This document shows positions 7,917 to 18,346 of a stretch of DNA of 64,000 bases, piece by piece. Origin of the DNA: an uncultured Acidobacteriota bacterium. Lineage in GTDB: Bacteria; Acidobacteriota; Thermoanaerobaculia; Multivoradales; UBA5704. Where the stretch lies: the NCBI GenBank assembly GCA_963700145.1, contig OY969474.1:160001-224000 (forward strand), in the 5' to 3' direction. A program made the position numbers and the translations under genes. Position 1 is the first letter of the stretch; each line of letters opens with the position of its first letter. The notes beneath the pieces were generated by a model that had not been told where the DNA came from, did not search any database, and saw only the letters and a list, made by a program, of their open reading frames with translations.

Positions 7917-10493
7917 CTAGCTCTTCCGCAGGTCTTCGACGCCGGTGGTCAGCGCGGCGAGCTTCTTGCGGCGCAGGGCCTCGTCGCGGTCGGTCATCGT
8001 GCCGGCGGCCGAGCGCATGCCGGAGCGCAGGCGGTCGCGGAAGTCGTTGATGGCGCGGCCGTCGCCGCCCTGCGCCGGCGTCGGCACCTGGAGCGTCTCG
8101 CCGAAGTCCACCTCCGGGAAGCCTGCCGGCCCGTAGCGCGGCGCCTGGCCGCGCGCCTTCGCGTCGAGCGCCTTCGCCACCATGTGCGGGTGGATCGGCA
8201 CCTGGTCGATGCGCACGCCGACCGCGTCCCAGATGGCGTTGGCCACCGCCGGCATGACCGGCAGCAGCGGCCCCTGGCCGACCTCCTTGGCGCCGTACGG
8301 GCCCTGCGGATCGGGGTCTTCGATCAGGTAGGTGGTGACCGGCGGCATGTCGAGGAAGGTGGGGCTCTTGTACTCCAGCAGCGACGGGTGCTTGTGGACG
8401 AGCGCCGCGGAGAGGTGGCGCGGCAGGCGGCGGAACGCCTGCTCCTCCATCATCGCCTCGCCGAGCCCCATGTAGACGCTCCCCTCGACCTGCCCCAGCG
8501 CCAGCACCGGGTTGATCGACTTGCCGACGTCGTGGGCGATCCAGACGTGCAGCGGCTGCCAAAGCCCGGTCGCCGGGTCCACCTCCACCTCGACGACCGC
8601 CGCGGTGTAGGAGTAGGCCGGCGAGGGACCGACGCCGGCGCCGCGGTAGCGCCCGGGCGAGCGCGGCGGCACGTAGCTGCCGGTCGTGCCGAGGGTGCCG
8701 AAGCGGGCCTCGGCCGCGATCACCGCCTCGGGGAAGCCGAGCCCGCGTTCCGGCTCCTCGGCGTCGAAGACCCGCCCCTCGGCGAACACCAGCCGTCCGG
8801 CCGGGACCTCCAGCTGCTCGGCCGCGGCCTCGGCGAGCAGCGCGCGCGCCCGCTCGGCGGCCTGGAGGGCGGCGTTGCCCACCATCAGCGTGACGCGCGA
8901 GGAGTAGCTGCCGAGGTCGACGGGGGTCAGGTCGGTGTCGCCGACGCAGAGGCGGATGTCGGCGAGCGGCACGCCCAGCACCTCGGCGACGACCGCCGCC
9001 AGCACCGAGTCCGAGCCCTGGCCGATCTCGGTCTCGCCGCAGAAGACGGCGACGGCGCCGGAGCGGTCGAGCTTGAGCTGCACGCCCGACTGCGGCATGT
9101 GGTTCCAGTAGATCGGCAGCCCGGCGCCGCAGAGGTAGGCGCCGCAGGCGAGGCCGAGCCCGCGCCCCTCGGGCAGCTTCGACCAGCGCTCGCGGAAGCC
9201 GCTCCCCGCGACGACCGCCTCCAGGCACTGGCGCAGCCCCAGCGAGCCGATGCGCAACCAGTTGGCGGTCGTGCTTCCCGGCTGCGCCAGCATGCCGAGC
9301 CGCAGGTCGGCCGGGTTCTTCCCCAAGGCCACCGCGATCTTGTCGAGGTGGACCTCGAAGCCGAAGCGCGGCTGCGGCGTGCCGTGCCCGCGCTTGGGGC
9401 CGCAGGGCGGCTTGTTGGTGAAGGTGCGGACGCCGTCGAAGCGGTAGGCCGGCAGCTCGTAGGTGACGGTCTGCAGCGCCCCGGTGTAGTAGGTCGAGGC
9501 CACGCCGTAGCTGCCGTAGGCGCCGCCGTCGAGGGCGGTCTCCAGGTGCTGGGCGGTGATCGCGCCGTCGCGCGTGACGCCGGTCTTGAGGCGCATCAAC
9601 ACCGGGTGGCGCCCGCGGTGGCAGTAGAAGACCTCCTCGCGGTCGAGCGTGATCTTGACCGGCCGCCCGAGCTTGAGCGCCATCTTGGCGGCCACGATCT
9701 CGTGGCTGAAGGGGTCGCTTTTGCCGCCGAAGCCGCCGCCGTTCGGGCAGGCGACGACGCGGATGCGCGCCGCCGGGATCTCCAGCACCTTGGCGAGCGC
9801 GCGGTGGACGTAGTGCGGCGTCTGTGTCGCCGAGTAGACGGTGACGCGGTCGTCGTCCTCGGGCACCGCCACCGCCGCGTGCTGCTCCATCGGCAGGTGG
9901 GTGTTGCCGTCGTAGAAGAGGACGTCCTCGAAGACCTCGTCGGCCGCCGCGAACCCGGCCTCCAGGTCGCCGAACTGCAGCGACACCCGCTTGTGGACGT
10001 TGCCGCCGTCGCCGTAGTCGTGGATGCGCGGCTCGGGGGTGGCGAGGGCTTCCTCGATCGAGGCGATGGTGGCGAGCGGCTCGTACTCGACGCGCACGGC
10101 GAGCGCCGCTTCCCAGGCGGCGTCCTCGGTCGCCGCCGCCACCGCCACCACCGGGTCGCCGACGAAGCGGACCCGCTCGGGGCAGAGGGCGTGCTCGTCC
10201 TGCGACACCGGCAGGATGCCGAAGGGGATGGGGAGGTCCTTGCCGGTGAGGAAGCCGAGCACACCGGGCACCTGCTCGGCGGCGGAGAGATCGATCGCTC
10301 CGATCCGCGCGTGCGGTACGGTGGAGCGGACCAGCCGCAGGAAGCACATGCGCGGGAAGAAGAGGTCGTCGGCGAACTTGGTGACGCCGGTCACCTTGGC
10401 GCGCCCGTCCACCCGGCGGAACGGCTTGCCGATGAGGGAGGGCTCGCGCTCGCGAGCGGGCTCCTCGGGCGGACGGCGGGCGGGCTCGGCCAT
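7917..10493 (-). CDS. hcrA: Xanthine-oxidase-family molybdopterin subunit, HcrA-like
   Basis: IGKPFRRVDGRAKVTG, GGGFGGK, RGHGTPQ, EIGQGS, GSYSSRVT, GQVEGS; start at ATG 10493. Confidence 0.85.
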   Translation of the reverse strand: MAEPARRPPEEPAREREPSLIGKPFRRVDGRAKVTGVTKFADDLFFPRMCFLRLVRSTVPHARIGAIDLSAAEQVPGVLGFLTGKDLPIPFGILPVSQDEHALCPERVRFVGDPVVAVAAATEDAAWEAALAVRVEYEPLATIASIEEALATPEPRIHDYGDGGNVHKRVSLQFGDLEAGFAAADEVFEDVLFYDGNTHLPMEQHAAVAVPEDDDRVTVYSATQTPHYVHRALAKVLEIPAARIRVVACPNGGGFGGKSDPFSHEIVAAKMALKLGRPVKITLDREEVFYCHRGRHPVLMRLKTGVTRDGAITAQHLETALDGGAYGSYGVASTYYTGALQTVTYELPAYRFDGVRTFTNKPPCGPKRGHGTPQPRFGFEVHLDKIAVALGKNPADLRLGMLAQPGSTTANWLRIGSLGLRQCLEAVVAGSGFRERWSKLPEGRGLGLACGAYLCGAGLPIYWNHMPQSGVQLKLDRSGAVAVFCGETEIGQGSDSVLAAVVAEVLGVPLADIRLCVGDTDLTPVDLGSYSSRVTLMVGNAALQAAERARALLAEAAAEQLEVPAGRLVFAEGRVFDAEEPERGLGFPEAVIAAEARFGTLGTTGSYVPPRSPGRYRGAGVGPSPAYSYTAAVVEVEVDPATGLWQPLHVWIAHDVGKSINPVLALGQVEGSVYMGLGEAMMEEQAFRRLPRHLSAALVHKHPSLLEYKSPTFLDMPPVTTYLIEDPDPQGPYGAKEVGQGPLLPVMPAVANAIWDAVGVRIDQVPIHPHMVAKALDAKARGQAPRYGPAGFPEVDFGETLQVPTPAQGGDGRAINDFRDRLRSGMRSAAGTMTDRDEALRRKKLAALTTGVEDLRKS

Positions 10494-10498
10494 CGCGC

Positions 10499-11218
10499 TC
10501 AGAAAGCCGCGGTGTCGAGGAAGTTGCGGTTCTGGGACGGCGGGTTGCGGTAGCTCTTGCTGACGCAGGGGATGGCGAGGAGCGGGTTGGTCGGGCACTG
10601 GGTGACGGTGACGGTGTGCTCGACGTTGCTCATGTTGGCGATGAACACCCAGTAGCGGCCGTTGACGGCGCGGCCGTCCAGCACCTTCAACGTCACCTCG
10701 ACGTTGCCGGGGCCGAAGAACCAGAAGGCGCCGGAGTCCGCGCCGAGCTGGATCGCGTGCCCCACCCCCGCGCTCTCGCCGACCTTCCACTCGGCGGTGG
10801 CGGTGAAGGCGCCGCCGTGAAAGGTGAGAGACAGATCCTCCTCCCGCACGGCGAAGCCGTCGGTCAGATGGAGCGTGCCGTCGATCCAGACCTCCACCGT
10901 GTAGCCGCCGGCCGGCAGGGGCTGCACGGTGAAGCTCTGCTTCCACTCTCCGGGAGGGCAGGGGAGGACGGTGACGATCTGGGCGCCGTCGAGCCGCACG
11001 GTCCGCCCGGCGACCACCGGCTCCGCGAAGTGCACGGGGCAGTCGATGGAAAAGCCCGAGACGGTGATGTCGATGCGCTCGGCGGTGCTCGGCAGGCGGT
11101 TGCCGAGGCTCAGCCAGAGCAGCTCGACGTGGTCGGCCGCGGCCGGCGCTGCCGCCAGGAAGACGACGAGGAGGGCGAGCGCCAGCCCGCGAAGCGGGAC
11201 GCGAGAGGTTTGTGGCAT
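10499..11218 (-). CDS. Secreted hypothetical protein inserted in the hcr operon
   Basis: ATG at 11218 overlaps the hcrC TGA; signal peptide; C-terminal DSGAFWFFGPGNVEVTLKVLDG..NGRYWVF..NV...DTAAF domain. Confidence 0.75.
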   Translation of the reverse strand: MPQTSRVPLRGLALALLVVFLAAAPAAADHVELLWLSLGNRLPSTAERIDITVSGFSIDCPVHFAEPVVAGRTVRLDGAQIVTVLPCPPGEWKQSFTVQPLPAGGYTVEVWIDGTLHLTDGFAVREEDLSLTFHGGAFTATAEWKVGESAGVGHAIQLGADSGAFWFFGPGNVEVTLKVLDGRAVNGRYWVFIANMSNVEHTVTVTQCPTNPLLAIPCVSKSYRNPPSQNRNFLDTAAF

Positions 11219-11763
11219 CACGGTGACTCCTTCCAGGCTTCGACTTGGTCGCCGTAGAACACCCGCTCGGGCGGCGTCCACTCCTCGCCGCGCAGCTGCG
11301 CCGCTCCCCACTCCACGGCCTCCAGGATCTTGTGGTAGCCGGTGCAGCGGCAGAGGTTGCCGGCCAGGGCCTCGCAGACCTCGTCGCGGCTCGGCCGCGG
11401 GTTCTCGTCGAGCAGTGCCTTGGCGACCATGAGGATGCCCGGCGTGCAGTAGCCGCACTGGGCGGCGCCGAGGTCGGCGAAGGCGGCCTGCAGGGGGTGG
11501 AGGTCGTTGCCGCGCTGCAGCCCCTCGACGGTCTCGATCGCCCGCCCCTCCAGCTCGGCGGCGAGGACGAGGCAGGAGAGGACCGGCCGGCCGTCCACCA
11601 GCACGGCGCAGGTGCCGCACTCGCCGAGCTCGCAGCCGTGCTTCGTCCCGGTCAGCCCGCACTCCTCGCGCAGCACCTCGAGGAGGGTGTGGTGGGTGGG
11701 GAAGACGATGGCGCGCTCCTCGCCGTTGACCCGCAGCCGCAGAGTGGTGAAGTCGGCGCTCAT
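11218..11763 (-). CDS. hcrC: [2Fe-2S]x2 small subunit, HcrC/CoxS-like
   Basis: GTKHGCELGECGTC, QCGYCTPG, GNLCRCTGY. Confidence 0.9.
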   Translation of the reverse strand: MSADFTTLRLRVNGEERAIVFPTHHTLLEVLREECGLTGTKHGCELGECGTCAVLVDGRPVLSCLVLAAELEGRAIETVEGLQRGNDLHPLQAAFADLGAAQCGYCTPGILMVAKALLDENPRPSRDEVCEALAGNLCRCTGYHKILEAVEWGAAQLRGEEWTPPERVFYGDQVEAWKESP

Positions 11764-11839
11764 CGCTTGCGGGCAGGGTGGCACCCGGGCGGCGGCAGTG
11801 TCAAGGCCGGGCACGGAGCTTGCGGGGACCGGCCGCCGC

Positions 11840-12614
11840 ATGGTGTACAGCACGAGGTCCCGTTGGGTGGCGGCAGCGGCGCTGCTGGCCTGCTGCGCCG
11901 CGGCGCCGCGCTCGCCGGCGCCCCCCGCGGCGGACGCGCTGCGCCAGGCGGTGATCGTCTGGCACCGCTGGGAGCGGCCGGCGCGGGCGGGGGAGATGGT
12001 GCTGGTCGATCCCGGCGGCCTTCTGGCCGGCGCGGCGGGAGCGCCGCTGGCGCGCCGGCTCTTCGTCGAGCGCGAGCGGGTGCACGAGCTGGCCGCCTTC
12101 GCCCGGCGCTGGCGCCCGTTCACCCTCCGCGCCGCCGACGGCGAGCTGCAGTTCCGCGGCCGGGGGCCGGCGGCGGCCGGCGCGGTGGAGAAGCGCATGG
12201 TGCGGGAGTGGGCCCGGATGGTGGCGGCGGAGACTCAGCCGGGGACGCGGGCGGGGGTTTTCGGGCTGGCCCTCGTCTGGCAGCGCGGCGACCCGCAGGA
12301 GCGGGGGGGCGAGGGCTGCGCCGAGCTCCAGGTCTGGCTCGCCGGCACGGCACGCACCGGCCTCTGCACGAGCGCGCCGGCGGGACGCGCGGTGCCGCCG
12401 CTGCGCCGGCCGCGCGCCGGCCTCGTCGAGCCGGCGCGGATGGCGGCCCTCTACCGCTGGATTGACGAGCTGGCGCCGCTCCAGCTCGCCGGCGCCGCGG
12501 AGGGGCGGGAGGGGCCGCCGGCGCGCCTCCTTCTCGCCGCCGCCGGCCGCCGCCCCGCCGGCGCCGCCGAGCGCCGCGCGGTGGAGGCCTTCGCCGCGGC
12601 GCTCCACGCCGAGC

Positions 12615-12637
<23 letters not shown>
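11840..12637 (+). CDS. Hypothetical exported/lipoprotein
   Basis: ATG at 11840, hydrophobic leader ending LLACC; fills the gap between hcrC and corA. Confidence 0.5.
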
Positions 12638-13682
<1,045 letters not shown>

Positions 13683-13746
13683 GGAGGCCTAGAGTGTAGC
13701 GTGGCATCGCCCTTGCTGCGGCGGGCGATGGAGGCGATTGCGGGCC

Positions 13747-16353
13747 ATGGCCGACGGCAGGACCTCTCGATTCGTCGCCCTTCCACTCGCGGCGCTGCTC
13801 GCGCTGGCGGCGGCCCCCGCCGCGGCCGGCGACGACGCGACCGACCTGGCGCGTGTGTCGCGCGACGGCGCGGAGCGCGAGCTGCCGGCCGCCTATCGCG
13901 CCTGGCTCGAAGAGGTCGAAGCGCTGATCACGGCACGCGAGCGCGCCGCCTTCCTCGACCTCGGCGGCGAGGTCGAGCGCCAGGCCTTCGTCCGCCGCTT
14001 CTGGCAGGTGCGCGACCCGCACGGCGCGACGGCCGCCAACGAGCTCGAGCAGCGCTGGACGAGGCGCGTGCCCGAAGCGCGCCGGCGGTGGGGGACGCTC
14101 GCCGACGAGCGCGCGCGGGTCTTCCTCCTCCAGGGCGAGCCGAGCGCGCGCTTCGAGTCGACCTGCCGGGGCGTCGAGACGCCGCGCTTCGAGATCTGGA
14201 TCTACGAGCCCGGCTTCCAGGTCCGCTACCGCACCGCCTTCCTCTTCGCCACGCCGGCGGCCGCTCCCGCCCGGCTCTGGCGGCCGGGCGGTGCCGTCGC
14301 CGGGCCGCCGGCCGACGCCGCGACCGCCTGCGGCGAGGGCCCGCGGCTGGCCGAGGAGGCGCGCTGGATCCGTCTGCTGGGGGCCGAGAACTACGGCGCG
14401 GTGCTCGAGCGGGCGCTCACCGGCCCACGGCCGCAGCCGGCCGACTGGGTGGCGACGTTCGTCCCCTTCAGCACCGACGTGCCCGCCGGCGCGCCGCGGC
14501 TGGAGGCCGAGCTGGGGGTCGATTTCCCCGCCCACGTGGAAGGCAAGACGGTGCTGCGCGGGCTGCTGGTCCTCAACGCGCTGGCGCCGGGGGATCGCGA
14601 GCTGCTGCTGACCGGCGAGGTGCTGCGCGGCACCGAGCCGCTCGACGCCTTCCGCTACCGCTTCGTGGTGCAGGCCGGCGTCGCGCGCGACGAGCCGGTG
14701 CCGCTCGCCTTCGAGCGCTTCGTGCCGGGCGGTCCTTGCCGGGTGGTGGTGCGGCTGGAGGACCTGGAGGCCGGCGCCTACTTCCGCGACGAGCAGGAGG
14801 TCGAGGTGCCGGGGCCCGGTGCGGCGGGGCCGATGCGGCAGGAGGAGATCGAGACGCCGGTCCAGGTGGCCGCCGGCGCGGTCGCGGCGCCGGGAACGGT
14901 CGCACTGGCGGCGAACGCCGCCCCTCACGGCGAGTCCGCCCGCCCCTCGCCGGTCGCGGCGCAGCTCGCCCGGCTCTACGACGAGGTCGCGGATGGCCCC
15001 GGCGCCGGCAGCCCGACCGTGCGGCTCCAGGTGCCCGCCGGCCTCCTCTCCGGACCGGTGCGGATCGCGGCCCGGGTCGACGGCGGGCCGGTCGAGCGTG
15101 TCGATTTCCTCCTCGACGGCCGTCTCGTGGTGAGCCGCACGCGGGCACCCTATGAGGTGCGCCTCGACCTCGGGCCGGTGCCGCGGCCGCAGCGGCTGGG
15201 GGCTGAGGCAGTGGCGGCGGGGGGCGATGTCGTGGCGCGCGACGAGGTCGTCCTCAACGACGGCGGCCAGCGCTTCCGGGTGCGCCTCGTCGAGCCGCGC
15301 GGCGGCCGCACGGCCGGGCGCAGCCTGCACGCCCGCGCCGAGGTCGAGCCGCCGGCGGGACGCAGCGTCGAGCGGGTGGAGTTCTACCTCGACGAGACCC
15401 GCGTCGCGACCCTCTACCAGCCGCCGTACCGGCAGCCGATCGCCCTGCCGCGCGCCGGCGCCACCACCTACGTGCGCGCCGTCGCTCACCTCGCCGACGG
15501 CAGCGCCGCCGAGGACCTGGTGATGCTCAACCTGCCCGAGCGCGGCGTCGGCGAAGCGATCGACGTCCGCATGGTGGAGCTCTACGCGACGGTGACCGAC
15601 CGCGCCGGGCATCCGGTCGAGGGGGTGGAGCCGGAGCGCTTCCGGGTCGTCGAAGACGGCGTCCGCCAGAGCCTGCGGCGCGTCGAGCGGGTGGCCGACA
15701 CGCCGATCCGGGCGGCGGTCCTGATCGACAACTCCGGCTCGATGCGCCGGCACATGCCGGCGGTGCGCGCCGCTGCGCTCCAGTTCCTGCGCCAGACGTT
15801 GCGTCCGCAGGACGAGGCGGCGGTCATCACCTTCAACCGCGCGCCGCGGGTGGCGGTGGGGCTCACCTCCGACCTGGCGACGCTGGCCGAGGGGCTGACC
15901 GGCCTGGTGGCCGAGGACCGCACCGCCCTCTACGACAGCCTGGTCTACACCCTCCACTACCTGGCGGGCGCCAAGGGGCAGCGGACGGTGCTGCTGCTCT
16001 CCGACGGCCTGGACAAGGGGAGCCGCTTCCGCTTCGAGCAGGCGCTCGAGAGCGCCCGCCGCGCCGGGATCGCCATCTACGCCGTCGGCCTCGACCTGGC
16101 GCCCGCCGAGGCGGCGGCCGCGAAGGAGACGCTGTCGCGCCTCGCCGCCGAGACCGGCGGCCGCAGCTTCTTCATTGCCGGCACCGAGGCGCTGCCGGGG
16201 GTCTACCGCGAGATCGAGCGCGAGCTGCGCGCCCAGTACCGCATCGCCTACCAGTCCAGCAACGGCAGCGTCGAGGACCGCTTCCGCCTGGTGCAGGTCC
16301 AGGTCGGCGGCCCCGGCCTCGAAGCGCGGACGATCAGCGGCTACTACCCGTAG
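13747..16353 (+). CDS. Secreted GWxTD-domain + Ig-like + VWA protein
   Basis: YRAWLEEVEALIT..FWQVRDP..ERARVFLLQGEP (GWxTD-type); MIDAS DNSGSM, TALYDS, LLSDG; signal peptide. Confidence 0.85.
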   Translation: MADGRTSRFVALPLAALLALAAAPAAAGDDATDLARVSRDGAERELPAAYRAWLEEVEALITARERAAFLDLGGEVERQAFVRRFWQVRDPHGATAANELEQRWTRRVPEARRRWGTLADERARVFLLQGEPSARFESTCRGVETPRFEIWIYEPGFQVRYRTAFLFATPAAAPARLWRPGGAVAGPPADAATACGEGPRLAEEARWIRLLGAENYGAVLERALTGPRPQPADWVATFVPFSTDVPAGAPRLEAELGVDFPAHVEGKTVLRGLLVLNALAPGDRELLLTGEVLRGTEPLDAFRYRFVVQAGVARDEPVPLAFERFVPGGPCRVVVRLEDLEAGAYFRDEQEVEVPGPGAAGPMRQEEIETPVQVAAGAVAAPGTVALAANAAPHGESARPSPVAAQLARLYDEVADGPGAGSPTVRLQVPAGLLSGPVRIAARVDGGPVERVDFLLDGRLVVSRTRAPYEVRLDLGPVPRPQRLGAEAVAAGGDVVARDEVVLNDGGQRFRVRLVEPRGGRTAGRSLHARAEVEPPAGRSVERVEFYLDETRVATLYQPPYRQPIALPRAGATTYVRAVAHLADGSAAEDLVMLNLPERGVGEAIDVRMVELYATVTDRAGHPVEGVEPERFRVVEDGVRQSLRRVERVADTPIRAAVLIDNSGSMRRHMPAVRAAALQFLRQTLRPQDEAAVITFNRAPRVAVGLTSDLATLAEGLTGLVAEDRTALYDSLVYTLHYLAGAKGQRTVLLLSDGLDKGSRFRFEQALESARRAGIAIYAVGLDLAPAEAAAAKETLSRLAAETGGRSFFIAGTEALPGVYREIERELRAQYRIAYQSSNGSVEDRFRLVQVQVGGPGLEARTISGYYP

Positions 16354-16359
16354 CCCGCC

Positions 16360-16764
16360 TCACCCGACGTGCACGACGAGCCGCCGGGGGCCGCTCCGGC
16401 GGCGGTGCTCCCAGAGATAGATCCCCTGCCAGGTGCCGAGGGCGAGCTCGCCGGCGAGGACCGGGATCGAGAGAGAGGAAGAGGTCAGCGCGGCGCGGAT
16501 GTGCGAGGGCATGTCGTCGGGGCCTTCGGCGGTGTGGGTGTAGAGCGGGTCGTCCTCGGGCACGAGGCGCGCGAGCCAGCTCTCGAGGTCGCGCTTCGCC
16601 GACGGATCGGCGTTCTCCTGGATCGTCAGGCTGGCCGAGGTGTGCTGGAGGAAGACGGTGCAGAGCCCCTCCTCGACGCCGCTCTCCCGCACCAGCTCCG
16701 CGATCTCGCGGGTGATCTCGTGCAGCCCCGGGCCGCGCACCTCGATCGCCAGTTTCTTGACCAT
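16360..16764 (-). CDS. yjbQ: YjbQ/UPF0047 family protein
   Basis: HTSASLTIQENADP, EGPDDMPSHI, LGTWQGIYLWEH. Confidence 0.92.
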   Translation of the reverse strand: MVKKLAIEVRGPGLHEITREIAELVRESGVEEGLCTVFLQHTSASLTIQENADPSAKRDLESWLARLVPEDDPLYTHTAEGPDDMPSHIRAALTSSSLSIPVLAGELALGTWQGIYLWEHRRRSGPRRLVVHVG

Positions 16765-16776
16765 GAGCCGCGCATC

Positions 16777-18255
16777 TTATTCTTCGAGAGGGGGCTCGCG
16801 GTGGGCGTGCGACTGGGCGCTGCCGGCGGGGAAGGTGAAGGCCACCACGAACAGGAGCCCGGCGATCACCGCCATCGCCAGGTAGATCGCCTGCAGCCCG
16901 CCGAGCAGGGCACCGCTCGTCGCGGCGAGGACCGGCGGCGCCAGCGCCGCCCGCCGCGCCGGCTGGAGCAGCGCCTCGACCTGCTCAGCTACACCCGCGT
17001 TCTCAAGACGCACTTGCATCAGCATCCCCAGCGCCGCCACCGCCACCGCGCCCCCGATCAGGCGGAAGAACTGCGTCGAGCTGGTCGCCACCCCGCGCCG
17101 CGTCCAGGGCACCGCGCTCTGCACGCCGACGAAGTAGGGAATCGACTGAAACCCCATCCCCAGGCCGATCGTCAGCATGATCGCCGCGATCCAGAGCCGC
17201 GGCGTCTCGGCGTCGATGCCGGCGAGCGCGGCGCAGGCGGCGAGCACCAGCGCCGCGCCGGCGAGGACCAGCGGACGGTAGGAGAGGCGGAGGAGGAGCC
17301 GTCCCGAGATCGTCGAGGCGATCGGCCAGCCGATGAGCACCGGCGTCAGGATGGTGCCGGCGTCCACCGCGGTGCCGCCGAGGACGCCCTGGGCGAAGAG
17401 CGGCACGTAGGCGGTCAACGACAGCAGCAGGGCGCCGATCAGGACGTTGCCGACGCTCGCCACCGCGATCAGCCGGATCTTGAACAGCTCGAGCGGCAGC
17501 ATCGGCTCGGGCGCGCGTCGCTCCTGGCGCAGGAAGAGCAGCAGCCCGGCCCCGGCGGCGGCGACGAAGGCGAAGGTGCGCGGATCGACGAGGCCCCAGA
17601 GGGTCACCCCTTCGGTCAGCGCGAAGAGGAGCGAGGTGATCGCCAGCGTCAGGATCCCCGTCCCCAGGAGGTCGAGCGGGTGCTCGCGGCGCGGTGGCTC
17701 CTCCTCGAGGTAGCGGGCAAGGATCCAGGCCGAGGCGAGGCCGAAGGGCACGTTGACGAAGAAGATCCAGCGCCAGGAAAGGGCGTCGGTGATGAGGCCG
17801 CCCAGGAGCGGGCCGGCGAGGCTGGCGAGCGCCCAGACGCCGGAGAACAGGCCCTGCACGCGGCCGCGCTCCTCCAGCGTGTAGACGTCGCCGATGACGG
17901 TGGCGGCGACCGGCGTGACGCCGCCGGCGCCCAGCCCCTGGATGGCGCGGAAGAGGACGAGCTGCGTGAAGGAGCCGGCGATGCCGCAGAGCATCGAGCC
18001 CACCAGGAAGAGGGCCATCGACGCCTGGTAGACCGGCCGCCGGCCGTAGAGGTCGGCGAGCTTGCCGTAGAGCGGCACGACGATCGTCGAAGCCAGCAGG
18101 TAGGCCGAGAAGACCCAGCTGTAGCGGCCGACGCCGCCGAGCTCGCCGACCGCCGTCGGCACCGCCGCGGCGACGGCGGTCGCCTCCAGCGCCGAGAGGA
18201 ACATCCCGAGCATCAGCGCGGAGGTGACGAGCCGGCGCGGGCGACCGGGCAGCAT
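16777..18255 (-). CDS. MFS DHA2 (14-TM) drug/H+ antiporter
   Basis: YGKLADLYGRR, RAIQGLGAGG, GPLLGG, WRWIFFVNVPFG. Confidence 0.92.
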   Translation of the reverse strand: MLPGRPRRLVTSALMLGMFLSALEATAVAAAVPTAVGELGGVGRYSWVFSAYLLASTIVVPLYGKLADLYGRRPVYQASMALFLVGSMLCGIAGSFTQLVLFRAIQGLGAGGVTPVAATVIGDVYTLEERGRVQGLFSGVWALASLAGPLLGGLITDALSWRWIFFVNVPFGLASAWILARYLEEEPPRREHPLDLLGTGILTLAITSLLFALTEGVTLWGLVDPRTFAFVAAAGAGLLLFLRQERRAPEPMLPLELFKIRLIAVASVGNVLIGALLLSLTAYVPLFAQGVLGGTAVDAGTILTPVLIGWPIASTISGRLLLRLSYRPLVLAGAALVLAACAALAGIDAETPRLWIAAIMLTIGLGMGFQSIPYFVGVQSAVPWTRRGVATSSTQFFRLIGGAVAVAALGMLMQVRLENAGVAEQVEALLQPARRAALAPPVLAATSGALLGGLQAIYLAMAVIAGLLFVVAFTFPAGSAQSHAHREPPLEE

Positions 18256-18346
18256 GGCGCGCGATCCTACCGTGCGAAGACGCCGGGAACGCTGGTTGCA
18301 TTACCGCCCCGGCGGAGTCACAGAAGTACGCGGAGCACATGAATTT

